From positions 128,001-192,000 of the forward strand of contig CAYPFW010000002.1 in NCBI GenBank assembly GCA_964410585.1: a stretch of 64,000 bases of DNA, given 5' to 3'. The notes beneath the pieces were generated by a model that saw nothing but the letters and a program-made list of their open reading frames with translations, had not been told where the DNA came from and ran no database searches. Made by a program: the position numbers and the translations under genes. This document shows, in pieces, positions 47,846-58,255 of the stretch. Positions within the stretch are counted from its first letter, which is position 1. Each line of letters opens with the position of its first letter. The stretch comes from an uncultured archaeon (GTDB taxonomy: Archaea; Aenigmatarchaeota; Aenigmatarchaeia; QMZP01; JACQNV01).

Positions 47846-49198
47846 ATGAAAAGTGTGTATAGATCAGGCGAAGGAAAAGTTTACAGAGCTTTTGAGCTCA
47901 CAAAAGAAATGGGAAAAAATGCTGCTAGAGTAAGTTTAGCATTAAGTGCTGTTTATGTAGGAAATCAGGCTTTGGCACAAGAAGCTCCAGCAAGTCCTCC
48001 TGCTGCAGAAGCTCAAGGCGCTCAAGCACAACCTAGAAAACCAGTAAGACCTGGCTTCAATCCAATTCAAAGAATGAGAAAATATTCTGAACTTAGCAAA
48101 AAAGAGTTTGATCAAGAAATGGATGGAGCAGATGGTTTAGTTGCTAGAACAAGAAGCTACCAAACTGAGTTAGTAAACGCAGTTAGATACAGAGGCGAAT
48201 TAGCTACACAAGTCAGTGAAAAGAAATCTAAGGTAGCTGAAAAACTACCTGTTTTTGAGGATTTAGTAATCGATGTAGAAGAACCTCAGTCTACAGAAGA
48301 ATTAGCTGAGCAAATAAGAGCAAGATTAGATGAATTGCAAGACGAAGTAGCAGGAGAAGAACAAACTCCTTCTGATCCACAAAACGATGAACAAAGAGCA
48401 GACGGCGAAGTTGACGCACTTTATAGAGCAGCATGGAGAAGAGTAAAAGCAATGGAAAAATACATGCTTGAAGTTGTGGGCGAAATAAAGTACTTGTTAA
48501 CAGTTGATACAAAACTAACAGAAAAAATGAAACAGCTTGGATTATATACAAAGGAAGCAGAAGATAGTGGACTTGAAGACCAAGCAGCACAATTCCAACC
48601 ATGGTTTGATAGAATGGAAGCACTAGAACAGATGTTTAGCGAAGAAGGTGCAGAAGGCCAAGAAGCTGAAGCAGCTCCAGAAACACCATCACCACAGGAA
48701 TCTGAAGTTGCACCTGAAGCGCCAGCTACAGAACCTGAACAAGAAGCTCCAGTGCCAGAAGAACCAGAGGAAGAACCTGAGGTTGAAACTCCAGTTGAAC
48801 CAGCACCTGAAACTCCAAGTGAAACAAAAGTTGATACTCCACAAGAAGCTGAATCGCCATCTACTACAGAAATTGGAGGAGCAGAAGCTCAACCATCTGT
48901 TGAAGTAGTTGGTGGTCAAGAAGCAGCTCCAGTTGTTGTAGAACCAGTTGCACCAACAGTTCCAGAAACTTCAACTGAATCACAAGTTTCTGAAACATCA
49001 GCAATTGAGTCAGCTCAAGTTCCAGAAATTCCAGCTGAGCCAGTTCCACAAGTTGAAAGCTCAAGATTCAAAACAACAGTTGATGTTGGTGGCGGAATTA
49101 ATGCAAGTGGTACAGTAAATATAGAAAAGAAAGAAGAGCCAACTCACCAACCAGATCCAAGATGGAGTGAATACATCAAAAAATTGATACCTTGGTAA
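47846..49198 (+). CDS. Secreted coiled-coil protein with Pro/Glu-rich stalk
   Basis: SD AGGAGG; signal-like ...ALSAVYVGNQALA-QE; long P/E/A/V low-complexity region. Confidence 0.7.
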   Translation: MKSVYRSGEGKVYRAFELTKEMGKNAARVSLALSAVYVGNQALAQEAPASPPAAEAQGAQAQPRKPVRPGFNPIQRMRKYSELSKKEFDQEMDGADGLVARTRSYQTELVNAVRYRGELATQVSEKKSKVAEKLPVFEDLVIDVEEPQSTEELAEQIRARLDELQDEVAGEEQTPSDPQNDEQRADGEVDALYRAAWRRVKAMEKYMLEVVGEIKYLLTVDTKLTEKMKQLGLYTKEAEDSGLEDQAAQFQPWFDRMEALEQMFSEEGAEGQEAEAAPETPSPQESEVAPEAPATEPEQEAPVPEEPEEEPEVETPVEPAPETPSETKVDTPQEAESPSTTEIGGAEAQPSVEVVGGQEAAPVVVEPVAPTVPETSTESQVSETSAIESAQVPEIPAEPVPQVESSRFKTTVDVGGGINASGTVNIEKKEEPTHQPDPRWSEYIKKLIPW

Positions 49199-49201
49199 AT
49201 T

Positions 49202-49804
49202 ATGGGAGATTGTCTACGCGGTGTCTACAAAGAGCTCGAAGCAAAATATCGAGAGCGAGCTGAAAAATTAGATAAAATTGATACAATGTTGACACGAAGA
49301 GAAAAAGAAACAAGACAACTGCGCCAACTTAGACAAGGAATAAATGATTCACAAGAAGCAAGCAACCAGAGATTGGAACAAGCTTACACAGAAGCTGTGC
49401 CAAAAGAAGTGAGAAATAAGGTGGACACTGAGTTAGAGGAAGTATACAGAGCTGCTGAACAAGCCCAATCACCTGTTAATAATATTCAACCAGTTAGAGA
49501 ACCTGTATACAACAAACCAATTGAATCGGCTGCTGTTCCAACAGACCCGATAAATCCGATTATAGTTGAAGCACCTGAAGAAATGGTTTCAGAAAACACA
49601 GTGAGTGTTGAAACACCTCACATTGTGCCGTTTACAGAAATACCAATTAGACAAGAAACACAATACATAGCAGAAGTTTCTGTTCCGCAACAAACAACAG
49701 ATCAGCAAGTTGAGGACAGAGGAATACTAGGAGTCGGAGCAGCGCTCGTTGTTGCCTTCGGTACCGTGTATGGCGTACATAGGATAGTTAAAAAATTTAG
49801 ATAG
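49202..49804 (+). CDS. Coiled-coil protein with C-terminal membrane anchor
   Basis: Heptad N-terminus, P/E/V linker, C-terminal TM plus basic tail. Confidence 0.65.
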   Translation: MGDCLRGVYKELEAKYRERAEKLDKIDTMLTRREKETRQLRQLRQGINDSQEASNQRLEQAYTEAVPKEVRNKVDTELEEVYRAAEQAQSPVNNIQPVREPVYNKPIESAAVPTDPINPIIVEAPEEMVSENTVSVETPHIVPFTEIPIRQETQYIAEVSVPQQTTDQQVEDRGILGVGAALVVAFGTVYGVHRIVKKFR

Positions 49805-49813
49805 GAGTGAAAT

Positions 49814-50704
49814 ATGAAAAGATATCAAATTGGCGGAGAAATAGTTTTAGGAATTGCGTTAGCAGCTGCATCTCAAGGATGCGCAAGTGTGCAATCGCCT
49901 ACTGATCAAAGCAGATATGAAACAGGATCACCTCAAGCTCCTTCTCCAACAGAAAGAACACCTGTGAGTCCAGAAAGAATGAGAGAATATAATGATAAAT
50001 TGACACAGCTTTTAGATACTCATGTTGTAGGATCAGGTGGTTATAGGTCAGCTTTGTCTGCTTTGAGAACAGAATATGCAGATGTTGCTGCAGAATATGA
50101 TGCTAGAAGAAATAAACCACGTGAGCAAAGATCTACTCCTCAATCTTCAACAAGAATTAGAGATCCAATTTTAGATGCAGTTGTTCCAACTAGAGCAGTT
50201 GAACCACCATTACCAAGACCAACAGTTCCAGAAAAATCAGAAGCAGTAGGCTTATTTAGACACTACGGTGGAGAGCTAAGACATTTCCTTGTTGAGCCAC
50301 CTAAATCAGATCAATATGGTTGGGCTAAAAGGTATGTTTTAAACCTACCAAATGGTGCACTTTGGTTAATTGATCATACAGTTGGTCAGCTAGATAGACT
50401 AAGAGATGGAACACCGTCTGGATTATCAGGAGCTTATGAAAAACATGTCCCGACAAGCGTACAAACAGCTTTAGGAGCTGAAGCTTGGAGAGAAGCATTC
50501 AGAGTTGCAGTAGACAAAAATTGGATCAGTGAGGGCGATGCAATTCCGCAATTTTTCAATTTAAGTGATCACGAACCTGGTACAAGACCAGTTCCACCAA
50601 GCCCAACATCAAGTCCGCCTTCAGGTTTGGAAAACCCAACAAATACAGGTAGTGGAAATGCTGGATCAGATGGACTTGGATTAGGTGGCGGTGAAATAAA
50701 ATAA
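49814..50704 (+). CDS. Putative lipoprotein
   Basis: Lipobox-like LAAASQGC; Pro/Ser/Gly-rich termini; SD GGAG. Confidence 0.65.
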   Translation: MKRYQIGGEIVLGIALAAASQGCASVQSPTDQSRYETGSPQAPSPTERTPVSPERMREYNDKLTQLLDTHVVGSGGYRSALSALRTEYADVAAEYDARRNKPREQRSTPQSSTRIRDPILDAVVPTRAVEPPLPRPTVPEKSEAVGLFRHYGGELRHFLVEPPKSDQYGWAKRYVLNLPNGALWLIDHTVGQLDRLRDGTPSGLSGAYEKHVPTSVQTALGAEAWREAFRVAVDKNWISEGDAIPQFFNLSDHEPGTRPVPPSPTSSPPSGLENPTNTGSGNAGSDGLGLGGGEIK

Positions 50705-50755
50705 TATTTAGAGATATTTTGTAACCGTTTTCTTTTTGGTTGCAATATTTAAAAT

Positions 50756-52972
50756 ATGCAAAATAGAGTAATAGCACCGATCTCAGGATTTTTGGTTTTT
50801 TTAGTTTTGACAGGTTTAGTTTTAGGTTATCCTCTTCAATTAAATTTGCAGTCTAATTTGCCTGCAGGTGAAACATTCACAACATTTGTAGCAACATGTA
50901 CAGATACTGTATGCTCATCTTTTGTTAGTGGATCAGAAAGAACAATACCTTCTCTAGGTAATTTGAATGTTTACACAATAACAGGTCCTGGAACAGTAGC
51001 ATGGACAGAACTAGACTACAAAAACGAGTCTTACTTACCTCACATTTACAGGTTTCAAATACAAGAAGCTGACTCAAGTAAATCAGTTGCAGTTTCAAGA
51101 AATTTCCAGAAAAAATCAGTTTGTGAGGCTCAAATCAATAAGCTCGAGCTTTCGGCAGCATCAATTGGAGAAAACAACAGAGTCGTAGTTAACACAAGCA
51201 TACAATCTGCAATGAGTTTCCCAAGAGATAGCCAGGGAAGAACATTTGATTTCTCAATGGTACCTATTCCAGCTAATTTAAAAGATATCTATTCAACAAA
51301 AACAAATGTCACACTTACAGTCAAGGATTCAAATGGACAAACAGTAAAAACAGAAACAAAGCAAGTCAATCCTTGGGTAAATAAATCAGATAACCTATCA
51401 TTTGAATTCACACCTATTGTACAAGGCAACCACACAATTGAAATATCAACAGATGTTGTTGATCCTGTTTGTGAATCTGCAAATAGAAAAGCAACACAAG
51501 TCAACCTTACAGTTACAGACTCTGGTCCTGTAGCAAATGCAGGGGAAGATAAAATAGTTACTGTAGGTAATGTTGTTCAATTTGATGGTTCTGCAACAGT
51601 GACATCAGACAACGCACTTTTCTATCTTTGGGATTTTGGAAATGGAAACAAAGATGAAGGTCTAAAAGTAAATTATACATACCAAAATCCAGGTACATAC
51701 ACAGTCACATTGAGGGTAAGAGATATTGATGGACAGGAATCAACAGACACAATGATAGTTAAAGTTAATCCAATAAACAATTTCCCAGTGGCTGATTTCT
51801 CAGCTAGTGTAACATCAATACCAGAAGGCCAAACAGTACAATTTACAGACGCTTCTAGATCTTTAGATGGTTTCAAGTCAAGATTATGGTATTTTGGTGA
51901 TGGTACAAATTCAACAGAGATAAACCCTCCTCATATTTTCAATCAACAAGGAACATATGAAGTCAAATTAAAAATAACAGACAATGACAATGATCCAGCT
52001 GAAAAAACACTTCAAATAATAGTTACTGACACAAAGCCTAACCCATCTTTCACTTCACCAATATCAGTTGCGAAGGGTCAGGTAGTTACATTTACAGATA
52101 CATCAACAGCACATGATGGAATAAAATCAAGATCATGGAACTTTGGAGATGGGACATCTGAAACAACTGATAAGGTTCAGTTCAATCACACTTATCAACA
52201 GGCTGGTGTATTTTTAGTAACATTAAAAGTAAAAGATAATGATGATGACCAAGAAACAGGACCTGTTACAAGCCAGATAACAGTTACAGATCCTCAACCT
52301 CCAGTACCTACAACAAGAGAAATATCAGTTTCACCAATAACATATGACAAATCATCTTCAACTGTTTATTTGTTTGATCAGGTAACAGTGAAGGCTAATG
52401 TTTCAAACAATGGATCAGCAACAGAGAGTGTCACACTAAAATTAAAAGAAGGCCTATTAGATGTTTCAACTCAAACAATCAGCCTGAACTCAGGCGAAAC
52501 AAAAGAAGTTTCATTTGCCTGGACACCTTCAACAACAGGCTCTAGAACTCTGACAATTGAATCAGTTGGTTTGCAAGGCGAAGCAAACACAGTAAACAAT
52601 GTGCAAACACAAAACATAAAGGTTGTTTCTGTTAGAGAAAATTTGGAATTAACATTTGCAGACCCATCTAGATTCCCTTCACCTACTCATACAAAGAATT
52701 CAGACTTTTACATTTGGGTGAACATCAAAAACAAAGGTCTTGAAGACTTGAAAGATGTTAAGCTTGTCTTAGATGTTCCTTTAACAGTTGTTGATTCAAA
52801 AGATCATGTACTTTCAAATCAAAAAACTTTCGCTTTGATACCTTCAGGAAAGCCAGAAACATATCTGTGGAAAGTTTCAGCAGGTTCTATACCAAGTTCA
52901 GTTGTACCTAAAGTTTACATAGGCAGCGGAACAGACAAAGTAGAAATAACAAGAACTGTTGGCATACAATAA
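50756..52972 (+). CDS. Surface protein with three PKD domains and CARDB/Ig-like domains
   Basis: Signal peptide; WDFGNG, WYFGDG, WNFGDG each with Y/F.V.L.V.D; ANVSNNG...L.SGETKEVSF.W. Confidence 0.88.
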   Translation: MQNRVIAPISGFLVFLVLTGLVLGYPLQLNLQSNLPAGETFTTFVATCTDTVCSSFVSGSERTIPSLGNLNVYTITGPGTVAWTELDYKNESYLPHIYRFQIQEADSSKSVAVSRNFQKKSVCEAQINKLELSAASIGENNRVVVNTSIQSAMSFPRDSQGRTFDFSMVPIPANLKDIYSTKTNVTLTVKDSNGQTVKTETKQVNPWVNKSDNLSFEFTPIVQGNHTIEISTDVVDPVCESANRKATQVNLTVTDSGPVANAGEDKIVTVGNVVQFDGSATVTSDNALFYLWDFGNGNKDEGLKVNYTYQNPGTYTVTLRVRDIDGQESTDTMIVKVNPINNFPVADFSASVTSIPEGQTVQFTDASRSLDGFKSRLWYFGDGTNSTEINPPHIFNQQGTYEVKLKITDNDNDPAEKTLQIIVTDTKPNPSFTSPISVAKGQVVTFTDTSTAHDGIKSRSWNFGDGTSETTDKVQFNHTYQQAGVFLVTLKVKDNDDDQETGPVTSQITVTDPQPPVPTTREISVSPITYDKSSSTVYLFDQVTVKANVSNNGSATESVTLKLKEGLLDVSTQTISLNSGETKEVSFAWTPSTTGSRTLTIESVGLQGEANTVNNVQTQNIKVVSVRENLELTFADPSRFPSPTHTKNSDFYIWVNIKNKGLEDLKDVKLVLDVPLTVVDSKDHVLSNQKTFALIPSGKPETYLWKVSAGSIPSSVVPKVYIGSGTDKVEITRTVGIQ

Positions 52973-53039
52973 TTTTATTAATCTTTCATCAAATAAATTA
53001 AAATACATCAAAATAGTTGAACACTGAAAAGTAATAAAT

Positions 53040-54734
53040 ATGTCAAAGAAATTGATAATCAGCTTGATGCTAGCATTTGTCCTAAGTTTTGTTAGTGTTA
53101 ATGCTCTTCCATGCGCTGATGTTAATTTTAGTTATTCTCCAGAACAATTATCTGTTGGACAGAATTTTTATTTCAACATAAAATCAACAAACATAGCCTC
53201 TCCAGAAGATCCTTGGGGCGATTACAGGCAAGCAAACCTTACTTTGCCTTCTCAAATAACAACAACAGACAGCCTTATGGTCGATGTTTCAAACACACCA
53301 TTTGAGGATATCCATGATTGGTCTGCTAAAGTTGTTCAAGAAGGCTCTTTCACAGCTACTGTGAAAATGTCAAACTCAACAGGAACATGTGAATTATCAA
53401 AATCAATAAATGTTGTAGCAAGTACAAATGCTCAGGGATTGAATTTTATTGCAAATCAACCTCAAACAATAAGTTCTCAATCAGCACTTGTAAACGTGAC
53501 AATAACAGCATCAGAAAGTGTTTCAAATCAAGAGATCACAATAATAAAATTCTCTTCTGTTACAAATGGAACTTTGTCTGGGAAAAAACCAGCAGGAAGA
53601 TATGTTGAAGTTGTTGTGCAACCAGATCTTGCTGTTAGAATAGCAAACGCAAGTTTGAAGGTTTCTTATTTACAATCTGAAATAGATTCAAACAACATAA
53701 ATGAGGGCACACTAAGGCTTTACAAATACAACACAGCGACAAATGTGTGGGATCTTTTGACATCTACTGTTGATACTTCAAACAATTTTGTAGAAGCAAC
53801 AGGTTTAACAGGCTTCTCCTTATTTGGTTTATTTGGAGATGAAAACGCAGCTCCTGCTTCAGGTGGTGGATCATCTGGTGGCGGAGGAGGAGGCGGTGGT
53901 GGGGGAGGTTCAGTAACAAGAACATGCACTCAATCAGATTTCACATGTACAGATTATTCTCCGTGTCAATCCTCAGGATCACAAACAAGAACATGTACTA
54001 AGAGAGCTGGCATCACATGTACAGGTGGTGTTCCTTCAACAACTCAATCGTGTACATTTGTAGCTCCGAAGCCAGTATGTACACCAAACTGGGAGTGTAC
54101 AGCATTTTCAGCATGTTCATCAGGATCACAAACAAGAACATGTACAGATAGAAACAATTGTGGGACAACACAAAACAAGCCAATAGAATCACAAACATGT
54201 ACAGTTCCTATTTCAGAAATTATAAAACCAAATGTTAGTGGTCTAACTGGTTTCCTAGTTTCACAACCTATCCTACAATACAAAGCGTCAGCAGGTGCAT
54301 CTACTGTTTTTGTTTTGGACGATGTTAATCACACACTAACTGTTAAACAGGTCAAATCAGATTCAGTTATTTTGGTGATACAGTCAGATCCTGTTGAAAT
54401 TGAAGTCAAAGCTGGAGAATCAAAATCAGTTAATATAGACGCTGATCCTGAAAATGATATAACTGTCAGAATAAATTCAATTGAAAATGGTGTTGTCTTA
54501 TTGACTGTTGAAAAAACCAGAGAAGTATCTGCGGGCTCAGCAGCTGTAGCAGTAGTTCTTTTGATTATAGTAATAGTACTTGGTTTCATGGTTTACAAAA
54601 AGCGTTCAAAAGGAGAGCCAGAAGAAGCAGACGAGCCAGTAGAATTTGAACAACCAAAACCACCAAGGCCAAGACCCAAAGCAAGAAAAAGAATTGAGAA
54701 GCAATTTTCAGATCCAATTGATTTTGTACAGTAA
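53040..54734 (+). CDS. Cell-surface glycoprotein: PGF-pre-PGF-like domain, Gly linker, Cys-rich repeats, C-terminal TM
   Basis: LRLYKYN...W, GFSLFG, poly-Gly, C...W.C..FS.C..GSQTRTC repeats; identical 26 bp DNA repeat at 53973-53998 and 54120-54145. Confidence 0.8.
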   Translation: MSKKLIISLMLAFVLSFVSVNALPCADVNFSYSPEQLSVGQNFYFNIKSTNIASPEDPWGDYRQANLTLPSQITTTDSLMVDVSNTPFEDIHDWSAKVVQEGSFTATVKMSNSTGTCELSKSINVVASTNAQGLNFIANQPQTISSQSALVNVTITASESVSNQEITIIKFSSVTNGTLSGKKPAGRYVEVVVQPDLAVRIANASLKVSYLQSEIDSNNINEGTLRLYKYNTATNVWDLLTSTVDTSNNFVEATGLTGFSLFGLFGDENAAPASGGGSSGGGGGGGGGGGSVTRTCTQSDFTCTDYSPCQSSGSQTRTCTKRAGITCTGGVPSTTQSCTFVAPKPVCTPNWECTAFSACSSGSQTRTCTDRNNCGTTQNKPIESQTCTVPISEIIKPNVSGLTGFLVSQPILQYKASAGASTVFVLDDVNHTLTVKQVKSDSVILVIQSDPVEIEVKAGESKSVNIDADPENDITVRINSIENGVVLLTVEKTREVSAGSAAVAVVLLIIVIVLGFMVYKKRSKGEPEEADEPVEFEQPKPPRPRPKARKRIEKQFSDPIDFVQ

Positions 54735-54812
54735 TTTCTGTGGGCTAATTAAATCAGGAAACACAAAAGATAAGAAAGATTGTATGATCTAGCAGATGTG
54801 AAATAAATTGAT

Positions 54813-55889
54813 ATGGCAAAACCTAAGGTATTATTGATTAGAACCGGTGGTACTATTGGGCAAAAACCCAATGCTCAAGGAATTCTGGAACCATCTCCTG
54901 ATGACTATATTCATAGAGTCGAGGGCCTTGGAGATTTAGCTGATATTGATATTCAAGATTTAGGAAACATTGATAGTACAAACATGGAGACTAATCTTAG
55001 GTTTACTGATCCTACTAAAACAGAGAATGTAAAAGACCGTGCAGATATAGCACGGATGATTTATAATAATGCCTTCAAGTATGATGGTTTTGTTGTTGCT
55101 CATGGAACTGATACAATGGCAGAAACTGCAGCTGCTTTAACTTACATGCTTTCTGGTTTAAGGAAACCCGTGGTTTTGACTGGTTCTCAAAGGTCAATTT
55201 GGGTTCCACGAAGTGATGCGCAGAACAATCTTTATACAGCAATTCAGACAGCGACAAAGGATTTAGGCGAAGTTGTAATTGCATTTGGAAATTATGTGGT
55301 TAGGGGAACCCGTGCAAAGAAAGTTGATGAGGAGGGTTATGATGCTTTCTCAACGCCTGGCACAGAGCCATTGGGAAAAACAACTGCTTTGAGCGAAGGA
55401 ATAAGATTAGCAAACCACAGGATTAGGAGAGGAGATTTTGATCCGCGAATCTTCACAGATTTTGATACAAGAATATTTCACTATACACATATATCTGGTG
55501 CAGCAGTTGAAGATGTTTTAATGGATATTGCTGAACACGAGGATGTTCATGGAATTTTAATGGGTGGATTTGGTCCTGGAAATGTTCCAGATAAATTATT
55601 ACCATTTATTAGATCTTCTAGACAGCGAGGAAAACCAGTCTTTGTTTACACAAAGTGTGATACTGGAGCAGCAGATATGGGAATCTATTCAGTTGGTGTT
55701 TCACCATTAGAAGCAGGAGCAAAACCAGCAGGAGATATGACTATTGAAGCATTAGGCCAGAAAGTAATGTATGCTATTGGTAGAGCCAGCAGTGAGGGAT
55801 TACAAGGAATAGAAAAAATAAACTTTGTTGACTCTATTATTAGAACGCCATATAATGGAGACATTACTGTAACTACAATAAGAAAATAA
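54813..55889 (+). CDS. Type I L-asparaginase / GatD-like glutaminase domain
   Basis: TGGTI, IDSTNM, HGTDTM, TGSQR..RSDA, RGTRAKK. Confidence 0.88.
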   Translation: MAKPKVLLIRTGGTIGQKPNAQGILEPSPDDYIHRVEGLGDLADIDIQDLGNIDSTNMETNLRFTDPTKTENVKDRADIARMIYNNAFKYDGFVVAHGTDTMAETAAALTYMLSGLRKPVVLTGSQRSIWVPRSDAQNNLYTAIQTATKDLGEVVIAFGNYVVRGTRAKKVDEEGYDAFSTPGTEPLGKTTALSEGIRLANHRIRRGDFDPRIFTDFDTRIFHYTHISGAAVEDVLMDIAEHEDVHGILMGGFGPGNVPDKLLPFIRSSRQRGKPVFVYTKCDTGAADMGIYSVGVSPLEAGAKPAGDMTIEALGQKVMYAIGRASSEGLQGIEKINFVDSIIRTPYNGDITVTTIRK

Positions 55890-56014
55890 GAGCATTGATT
55901 CTGGTCCTTATTTCTGTTCTAAGACTTATTCAAAAGAAAAAGTCTAGGATTCATCCAAAAGAAAATAATATACAAACCAATATAAACAACTAAACCAATT
56001 ATTAATCGAGAGTT

Positions 56015-56281
56015 ATGGGACAGAAGATACAAGGTTATACAAGAGGATGGGGCCACACAAAGAGAAGAGGTCATGAGACAAATGTAAACTGTGGTTTCTG
56101 CGGGAAAATTGTTCCTAAGTATAGGACATTCGCAGTGTTCAAGGGCTTTGGAATAAACGATCCCTCTTTAAGAAAAGAGCTGGGCTCAGCAGCAAACCTA
56201 TACACAGAGAGCAAGATGTATGCATGCCCTTCATGCGCAAGACATAGAAGCATTATTAAAAAAAATAGGAATAGGGGTTGA
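56015..56281 (+). CDS. rps26e: 30S ribosomal protein S26e
   Basis: RGH...V.C..CG..VPK and Y.C.SCA.H..I zinc-finger pattern. Confidence 0.8.
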   Translation: MGQKIQGYTRGWGHTKRRGHETNVNCGFCGKIVPKYRTFAVFKGFGINDPSLRKELGSAANLYTESKMYACPSCARHRSIIKKNRNRG

Positions 56282-56783
56282 TCTTAGGAATCCAATAATA
56301 GTTGGCATTGATCCAGGAACGACAACTGCTGCCGTTATCCTAGACCTGTCTGGCAATATTCTTTCTATTCAAAGCGGCAAAAATTTGAAAAGATCTGATG
56401 TCATCAATCTTATTCTAGAAAAAGGCGATCCAATAATAATCGCAAGCGATGTTTACCCTGTTCCCAAGTCAATAGAAAAGTTGGCTGCTTCTTTTAATTG
56501 CAAACTAATTCATCCAGAAGAAAACTATTCGAGAAGGGACAAATGGTCTTTTATGCGGTCTAATTTCGAAGAAACATATCGACACAAAAAACTCTACAAA
56601 AATCGGCATGAGCGAGATGCCTTGCTTGCAGCGATTTTTGGTTGGAATGCGATAAAGGCTTTGGTAAACAAGATAGAAACACGATTGGAAGGCGAGGAAA
56701 TTTTTGAATACAGAGACCAAATAAAATCAAAGGTGATTTTGGAAGGAAGGAGTATAAGTTCTGCGATGAAAGAATATTGTTAA
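56220..56783 (+). CDS. DUF460 family RNase H-like protein (start uncertain)
   Basis: IVGIDPGTTTA, IASDV.P.P, N.HERDAL.AA. Confidence 0.85.
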   Translation: MHALHAQDIEALLKKIGIGVDLRNPIIVGIDPGTTTAAVILDLSGNILSIQSGKNLKRSDVINLILEKGDPIIIASDVYPVPKSIEKLAASFNCKLIHPEENYSRRDKWSFMRSNFEETYRHKKLYKNRHERDALLAAIFGWNAIKALVNKIETRLEGEEIFEYRDQIKSKVILEGRSISSAMKEYC

Positions 56784-56812
56784 ACTTAATAATCTCTTCT
56801 ACAATCTATTCT

Positions 56813-58255
56813 ATGAATTACAGTGAAACCGGCTTCAAATCAGGTGTTGAAATACATCAGCAACTCGACACAGAAAAAAAGCTTTTTTGTAGCTGCAAGT
56901 CCCAACTGACAAAAATCAAGTCATCAGGATCAATATCAAGAAAGTTGAGAGCTGTTGCAGGCGAAACAGGCGACATTGATGTAGCTGCATTGCACGAATC
57001 TGTAAAAGAAAAATCTTTTGAGTACAATATTTATCCAGATGAGTCATGTTTAATTGAATTGGACGAAGAACCGCCGCATCCAGTGAACCAAGAGGCTCTG
57101 AAAATAGCTTTGCAGGTTGCTGTTTTGCTGAACTGCGAAATACCAGACGAAATCCATGTGATGAGGAAAACAGTTGTAGATGGTTCCAATACCTCAGGTT
57201 TCCAGAGAACAGCAATTGTAGGAGTGAATGGTTGGATAGATACATCAAAAGGAAAAGTTGGAATCACAAATGTTTCTTTGGAAGAAGACTCTTCGCAAAT
57301 TTTAGAAAGGACGGAAACAAAAGTTGTTTATGGTTTAGATAGGCTAGGCATACCTCTAGTTGAAATAGGAACAGCACCAGATTCAAAAGACCCAGAGCAC
57401 ACAAGGGAAATTGCAGAAAAGATAGGTCTTATTCTGCGTTCAACAGGAAAGGTCAAAAAAGGTTTAGGGACAATCAGACAAGATGTTAATGTTTCAATAA
57501 AAGGCGGAGCCCGCGCAGAGCTCAAGGGTTTCCAAGAGCTTTCTACAATCCCTTTGGTAATTGAAAATGAAATCAAAAGACAGCAGGATCTTTTGAAGAA
57601 AGGGAAAAAACCAGAAAAAGAAGTCAGGAAAGTTGAGCCAGACAACTCAACATCATTTTTGCGTCCAATGCCAGGAGCAGCGCGTCTATATCCTGAGACA
57701 GATTTGCCTCCAATACCAGTTGACCAAAGGCTGTTGGAGGAAATAAAAGCAAACCCTCCAGAATTTTGGGAAGAAAAACTGAAAAGGCTTTCAAAATTCT
57801 ACAACTTGAATGAACAGCTTGCTGAAAATCTTTTGAAATCTGGAAAAGCTGACCTTTTTGAAACAGTTGTCAAGCTTGGTTTTGAAATAAACTTGGTGTA
57901 CAGAACTTTGACAGCTACTGTAAAAGAAGTAGAAAGGGAAGTTTCAAACTCGAAACTAAATGACAACTTAGTTTTAGAAATTTTCAAAAACTCGCCTAAA
58001 AACATATCAAAGGAGGCGCTTTCTGAGGCCTTGAAAGCAGGAGCCGCAAGCGGAAAAGTTGAAAAAATAGAATCAGGATTGTCTGAACAAGAGCTCAGAA
58101 AAATTGTAAAAGAAGTCATTTCAAAAAACAAAGATGCTCTCCAAAAACACAATCCTGTAGGCATTTTAATGGGCGAAGTAATGAAACAAGCAAGGGGAAA
58201 AGCAGACGGAAAGCTTGTTGCAAAAATCCTCGGTGAGGAGATAAAAAATGTCTAA
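56813..58255 (+). CDS. gatE: Glu-tRNA(Gln) amidotransferase subunit E (short form)
   Basis: GVEIHQQL, RKTVVDGSNTSGFQRT, LDRLGIPL.EI, GLGTIRQDVN, PGAARLYPETD. Confidence 0.93.
   Translation: MNYSETGFKSGVEIHQQLDTEKKLFCSCKSQLTKIKSSGSISRKLRAVAGETGDIDVAALHESVKEKSFEYNIYPDESCLIELDEEPPHPVNQEALKIALQVAVLLNCEIPDEIHVMRKTVVDGSNTSGFQRTAIVGVNGWIDTSKGKVGITNVSLEEDSSQILERTETKVVYGLDRLGIPLVEIGTAPDSKDPEHTREIAEKIGLILRSTGKVKKGLGTIRQDVNVSIKGGARAELKGFQELSTIPLVIENEIKRQQDLLKKGKKPEKEVRKVEPDNSTSFLRPMPGAARLYPETDLPPIPVDQRLLEEIKANPPEFWEEKLKRLSKFYNLNEQLAENLLKSGKADLFETVVKLGFEINLVYRTLTATVKEVEREVSNSKLNDNLVLEIFKNSPKNISKEALSEALKAGAASGKVEKIESGLSEQELRKIVKEVISKNKDALQKHNPVGILMGEVMKQARGKADGKLVAKILGEEIKNV

Noticed and set aside
48640-49060. 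Tandem DNA repeat or hypervariable region
   Set aside because: Explained by Pro/Glu low-complexity coding; no reverse transcriptase or template/variable repeat pair
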